Source of the DNA: Oceanispirochaeta sp. | GTDB lineage: Bacteria; Spirochaetota; Spirochaetia; DSM-2461 | NCBI GenBank assembly: GCA_963663385.2 | Contig: CAXXXD010000003.1 | Coordinates: forward strand, 864,001 to 928,000 | Length of the DNA stretch: 64,000 nucleotides | Direction of reading: 5' to 3' | In this document: positions 59,807 to 64,000 of the stretch, one piece after another | Position numbering within the stretch: the first letter of the stretch is position 1 | Layout: each line of letters starts with the position of its first letter | The notes under the pieces: generated by a model | Seen by the model: the letters and a program-made list of their open reading frames with translations, nothing else | What the model was told of the DNA's origin: nothing | The model's database searches: none | Made by a program: the position numbers and the translations under genes

Positions 59807-60023
59807 CAGTTTCTCCTCACCTTTTTGACTGATTCCCGTCAGGGTATTCATAGATAAATTATATCGTATTTATTCGTACTATTCTTTTTTGAATTCCCGA
59901 GCGGAATTCCTCGACACCGGTCGAATATCATTCCTTCCGGAAATTTTGTTCAGAACCCGGAACGATCAGATAATTCAAATATAGTTTCCTTTTGTTTCAT
60001 AAAAAGAACTGAAACGTAAATAT

Positions 60024-60052
60024 AGAATAATAAATAAACGCCTTTTTGTAAA
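60024..60052 (-). promoter_or_regulatory. sigma70 promoter of the larA-like-gndA-deoR operon
   Basis: TTTACA-17 bp-TATTCT on the minus strand; GTTTC/GAAAC repeats just downstream (possible DeoR sites). Confidence 0.5.
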
Positions 60053-60235
60053 CATTTTCAGTTCCTTACTCCTTCGAACTACACAGCTTTCAGTATGCTG
60101 TGATATGAGAGAATAATAGAAACGACCGGTTAAAAGGGAATGTTATATATGAGGGTGCTGTACATTTCTGCATCCAAATGCTATTTTCTGTTTCTGTAAA
60201 AATTTAAATAAGCCACTATGCGGCGGGAGATACAT

Positions 60236-61630
60236 TTGAAATTTGAAAATACAGGATTGATCCCGGAACTCCTCAAATCTGTGGAAGCCCGAGGATATAC
60301 AGAAACCACACCCATACAGGCTCAGGCGATCCCTGCCATACTGAATGGGAGGGATGTTATGGGAGGCGCTCAAACGGGAACCGGAAAAACCGCTGCCTTT
60401 GCCCTTCCCATACTGCAGCTGCTGGGAGAACCAGCCGGTTCTGCCTGTGCCCCCCGGGCGCTTATTCTGGCTCCCACCAGAGAACTGGCGGATCAGGTGG
60501 CCGAAAGTTTCGCCTCCTATGGTCAGTTCCTCCATCTTTCCATAACAAAGCTCTACGGGGGTGTTAAAATGAATCCCCAGATAACCAGTCTGAAAAACGG
60601 AACGGATATAATTATTGCGACTCCCGGGCGGCTGATGGATCATATTCTTCAGAAGAGCGTTGATCTTTCGCAGATAGAGATTCTGGTCCTGGATGAAGCG
60701 GACCGTATGCTCGATATGGGCTTTATCAATGATATAAAAGCCATTCTGGCCTCTCTGACGCAGAAAAGCCAGAACCTGCTCTTTTCGGCTACATACAACC
60801 AGGATGTGGAATCACTGGCAAAAAAAATCCTGCATAACCCTCTTATGGCGGAAGTGACAAAAAGAAATGCCGCCGCTTCTGATGTTAAACAGATACTCCA
60901 CTATGTGGACAAGGGGCGTCGTTTCGATCTTCTTCTCCATCTGATACAGGAGGGACAGTGGTATCAGGCTCTGATTTTTGTGAAAACAAGGCATACCGCC
61001 GACCGGATCGCCTCGCAGCTGCAGAAAGCGGGAGTTCCTTCGGCTGCCATTCACGGTGACAAGAGCCAGGGCGCCCGGAACAGGGCCTTGAAAAACTTTA
61101 AATCCGGAGACCTGCAGGCTCTGATCGCTACGGACGTGGCTGCCCGGGGGATCGATCTGCATGACCTGAGTCATGTAGTGAATTTTGAACTGCCCCAAAT
61201 CCCGGAGGATTATATTCACCGTATAGGAAGAACCGGCCGGGCGGGGAAGTCGGGAACAGCTATCTCTCTGGTATCCTTTTCAGAAAAGAACCAGTTGAAA
61301 AAGATTGAAAAAATTCTGAAATATCAGATCCCCGGTGTAATCGTTCCCGGTTTTGAACCAAAGCATGATATCGACACGGTGCTGGGAAAAAACCGGAAAG
61401 AAAAGGATACCGGTACAAAAAAGCCTGTCCGTAAAAGTTCTCCGGGAAAATCTGCTCCGGAAGATAAACGAATCGCCAGAGTAAAATCCGGCAAACCCCA
61501 AAGCGGTGATGCCAGGCAGGCACAATCCGGAAAACCGGGCAGGGGGAGCCGCCCCGGTCAGAACAGCGGAAAAAGAACTGACCGCAGAAAGAATATGTCG
61601 TCACGCAGACCCGGTCGCAGCAGAAAGTAG
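60236..61630 (+). CDS. rhlE: DEAD-box RNA helicase (RhlE-like); TTG start
   Basis: AQTGTGKT, PTRELA, DEADRMLDMGF, SAT, IHGDKSQGAR and HRIGRTGRAG; basic tail. Confidence 0.88.
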   Translation: MKFENTGLIPELLKSVEARGYTETTPIQAQAIPAILNGRDVMGGAQTGTGKTAAFALPILQLLGEPAGSACAPRALILAPTRELADQVAESFASYGQFLHLSITKLYGGVKMNPQITSLKNGTDIIIATPGRLMDHILQKSVDLSQIEILVLDEADRMLDMGFINDIKAILASLTQKSQNLLFSATYNQDVESLAKKILHNPLMAEVTKRNAAASDVKQILHYVDKGRRFDLLLHLIQEGQWYQALIFVKTRHTADRIASQLQKAGVPSAAIHGDKSQGARNRALKNFKSGDLQALIATDVAARGIDLHDLSHVVNFELPQIPEDYIHRIGRTGRAGKSGTAISLVSFSEKNQLKKIEKILKYQIPGVIVPGFEPKHDIDTVLGKNRKEKDTGTKKPVRKSSPGKSAPEDKRIARVKSGKPQSGDARQAQSGKPGRGSRPGQNSGKRTDRRKNMSSRRPGRSRK

Positions 61631-61740
61631 ATTCCTGTGAATATTTCCAACCGGTAATGTAGATGAACCGGATGATTCACTTGATGTAAGGCGGATTTCA
61701 TTCTATGGTCAAATAGACAGGATATTTTCGGCAGCAGAGG

Positions 61741-63492
61741 GTGATTCAGGTGGAAAAAATTCTTAAAACTATGCAGGACTCGGTGGAAAAATACGCAGCA
61801 GTTCTATCGGAAGTTCTCAAGGTCGATGTGGAAATCGCTGATGAAACACTCGAAAGGATTTCCGGAACGGGATCTTTCAAGGCAAAGGTGAATGAGACCA
61901 TGGCTCATGAAGGCTGTGCTTATGAACAGGTTATTCAAACCGGCCGCATGCAGATTATCGAGAACCCCGGTGTCGATCCGGTCTGTTCCAGATGTCCGAA
62001 ATTCGGACACTGTGAAGAGGTCTATGAGATCAGCACTCCCATTAAAATCGGAACTCAGGTTATTGGGGTAATCGGTTTTGTCTGTTTTACGGAAGAACAG
62101 AAAAGGCATATTCTGGATAACTTTAAAACCTTTGTCGAATTTTCCGGTCAGATCTCCGATCTGATATCCTCCAAGGCCGGCGAGAAAATTGAGAATAATA
62201 AAAATCTGACCTTTATGGATCTGCTGAAGAAAATCAATAACCGGATTGATCAGGGGGTTATTGTTCTTGACAGTCACTCCTGTCTTCAGAATATGAATGA
62301 TCTGGCAGGAAAAATGCTGGGGTTCAGCGGTGATTACAGAAATACGCCTCTCTCCATCAGGGCCACCGGTCATTTTATCCTTGATGAGGAAGAGTATCAG
62401 ATTCAGATAGGGGAAAGAATTCATAATTTTACCGGGAAGAAATTTGATATTAAGATGGGTGACTACCACAGCCTGTTCCTTTTAAAAGATGCCGATATGG
62501 TTCGTTCCTACGCCCTTTCGATCTCCACGAGTCAGCAGAAAATCGGTCTGGAAAGAACCAGAGGGGACTCCCCTCAGATCCAGCGGTTAAAAGAGAAGGT
62601 GAAGATGGTTGCCAAAACCAATTCCACCATCCTGATCCGCGGGGAGAGCGGGACCGGTAAGGAACTGCTGGCCAGAGCGCTGCACGAGGAGAGTCTCAGG
62701 GCCGGTGCGCCTTTTGTGGCCGTTAACTGCGGTGCCATCCCGGAACACCTGATAGAGAGTGAACTGTTCGGGTACGATAAGGGCGCCTTTACCGGAGCCA
62801 ATCCAAAAGGGAAGATCGGAAAATTTGAGCTGGCCCATAAAGGAACCCTCTTTCTGGACGAGATCGGGGACATGCCCCTCTATCTTCAGGTTAAGCTGTT
62901 ACGGGCGCTGGAGGAACGGGAGATTACCCGTATAGGTTCCACCAGGAATATTCCAGTTGATGTTCGTGTCATCACGGCGACTAACAGGGATCTGGAGGAG
63001 ATGATTGCCGAAAAGACATTCAGGGATGATCTTTATTACAGACTGAATGTAATCCCACTGCAACTGCCGGCTCTGCGTGAGCGGGACGGGGATATCAGGC
63101 AGCTGACCCTTTTCTTCATACAGAAATTTTCCAGAATGTTTAAGAAAAATGTGGCCGGTATCGAGGACAGCTTCTGGGCTTCCCTGGAAGAGTATGAATG
63201 GCCCGGGAATATACGGGAACTGCAGAACACGATCGAATATGTAATTATTATGCTTCCCGGTACCGGTGTTTTGAGTGCGGATCTTCTTCCCAACAAGATT
63301 AAGACAAAAGCTTTGAGTTTTGAAATTCAGGATCTGAATCTGGAAGCCATGGAGCGGAGAGTGATAGAACGGGCTTTTGCCCTGTACGGCTGGGATATTG
63401 ATGCCAAAAAAGTCATTGCCGAAAAACTGGGCATCGGGATAGCAACCCTCTACCGGAAGATAAAAAAATATGGTCTGGAAGAACCCCGGTGA
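61741..63492 (+). CDS. sigma54-dependent activator (YgeV/UacR-like)
   Basis: N-terminal C..CP....C.E sensory domain; [19 protein letters not shown] and WPGNIREL; Fis-type HTH. Confidence 0.9.
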   Translation: MIQVEKILKTMQDSVEKYAAVLSEVLKVDVEIADETLERISGTGSFKAKVNETMAHEGCAYEQVIQTGRMQIIENPGVDPVCSRCPKFGHCEEVYEISTPIKIGTQVIGVIGFVCFTEEQKRHILDNFKTFVEFSGQISDLISSKAGEKIENNKNLTFMDLLKKINNRIDQGVIVLDSHSCLQNMNDLAGKMLGFSGDYRNTPLSIRATGHFILDEEEYQIQIGERIHNFTGKKFDIKMGDYHSLFLLKDADMVRSYALSISTSQQKIGLERTRGDSPQIQRLKEKVKMVAKTNSTILIRGESGTGKELLARALHEESLRAGAPFVAVNCGAIPEHLIESELFGYDKGAFTGANPKGKIGKFELAHKGTLFLDEIGDMPLYLQVKLLRALEEREITRIGSTRNIPVDVRVITATNRDLEEMIAEKTFRDDLYYRLNVIPLQLPALRERDGDIRQLTLFFIQKFSRMFKKNVAGIEDSFWASLEEYEWPGNIRELQNTIEYVIIMLPGTGVLSADLLPNKIKTKALSFEIQDLNLEAMERRVIERAFALYGWDIDAKKVIAEKLGIGIATLYRKIKKYGLEEPR

Positions 63493-63493
63493 G

Positions 63494-63549
63494 TTATCAA
63501 TATGATAATGATATATCAAAATGATAAAATTGCTTTATCATTTTGATAA
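63494..63549. promoter_or_regulatory. Three palindromic upstream activator sites
   Basis: TTATCA-ATA-TGATAA (63494), ATATCA-AAA-TGATAA (63513) and TTATCA-TTT-TGATAA (63535). Confidence 0.75.
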
Positions 63550-63609
63550 AAACACCGGAAAATCCCTTTTCTAAAGCTGTAATTCCATTATAGACACCAG
63601 AACGAGAGT

Positions 63610-63625
63610 TGGCACAGTGTTTGCA
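63610..63625 (+). promoter_or_regulatory. sigma54 (-24/-12) promoter
   Basis: TGGCAC-AGTGT-TTGCA, a consensus match. Confidence 0.9.
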
Positions 63626-63658
63626 AAATGATCTACATAATATTCCAGGAGGAATGCA

Positions 63659-64000
63659 ATGAAGATGTTTGATGAAGCATTCAGAATAAAAGCTGTTGCC
63701 ACAGAAACAAATTATAAGGATTATCCTTCTCTCTTTAATGAGAAGGAAGTGAGAAAAGTTACGAATTTCCATAAATCCGTTAGTGAATATGCCCAAACTC
63801 CGCTTATCAGTCTTAAAACCCTTGCAGAAGATATGGGGGTTAAAGGTATTTATGTTAAAGATGAATCCTTCCGTTTCGGTTTGAACGCTTTTAAAGCGCT
63901 GGGCGGGACCTATTCCATCGCCCAGGTTATCTGTGAAAGACTGGGAAAGAACATTGAAGATGTCACCTTTGACTATCTGAAGTCCGAAGAGGTCCATGAA
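63659..64000 (+). CDS. dpaL: Diaminopropionate ammonia-lyase, 3'-truncated by the window edge (not in the ORF track)
   Basis: Hand translation gives ...FHKSVSEYAQTPLISL...IYVKDESFRFGLNAFKALGG; SD AGGAGG. Confidence 0.9.
   Translation, partial: MKMFDEAFRIKAVATETNYKDYPSLFNEKEVRKVTNFHKSVSEYAQTPLISLKTLAEDMGVKGIYVKDESFRFGLNAFKALGGTYSIAQVICERLGKNIEDVTFDYLKSEEVHE

Noticed and set aside
63497..63997. 166-aa minus-strand ORF
   Set aside because: It is the antisense shadow of dpaL and its promoter.

Overview
This 64-kb window is mostly core genome from a free-living spirochete, probably Spirochaetaceae. The assignment rests on the flgF/flhO-flgG-flgJ-rpoS-tsaD-apt block, the rplU-prp-rpmA-obgE-nadD...spoVG-rplY-pth-tilS-ftsH block, a DUF5312-like gene and a Maf-like gene. 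It holds about 55 CDSs and 5 tRNA genes (Gln-CTG, Glu-CTC, Gln-TTG, Asp-GTC, Pro-CGG). I found no integrase, transposase, CRISPR array or rRNA. The most unusual signals are: (1) a 3 x 190-bp tandem array behind tRNA-Pro, where each unit repeats the tRNA 3' end and also carries a 14-nt antisense copy of the tRNA T-arm; (2) a queuosine theme: a homolog of animal tRNA-queuosine mannosyltransferase (GTDC1/QTMAN, DUF3524) overlapping a compact m5C RNA methyltransferase gene, and a Q-precursor transporter led by an atypical preQ1-I riboswitch with an anticodon-like 5' hairpin; (3) a duplicated structured element between nadC and nadB; (4) a sigma54 promoter on one of two RpoS-like sigma genes; (5) an intact Prp protease whose L27 partner lacks the cleavable extension; (6) a frameshifted phosphoglucomutase, a degenerate ComM, a hyper-acidic small ORF, several apparently leaderless genes, and a sigma54-activated dpaL operon starting at the right edge. 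All homology calls are by motif recognition only; no database searches were run.
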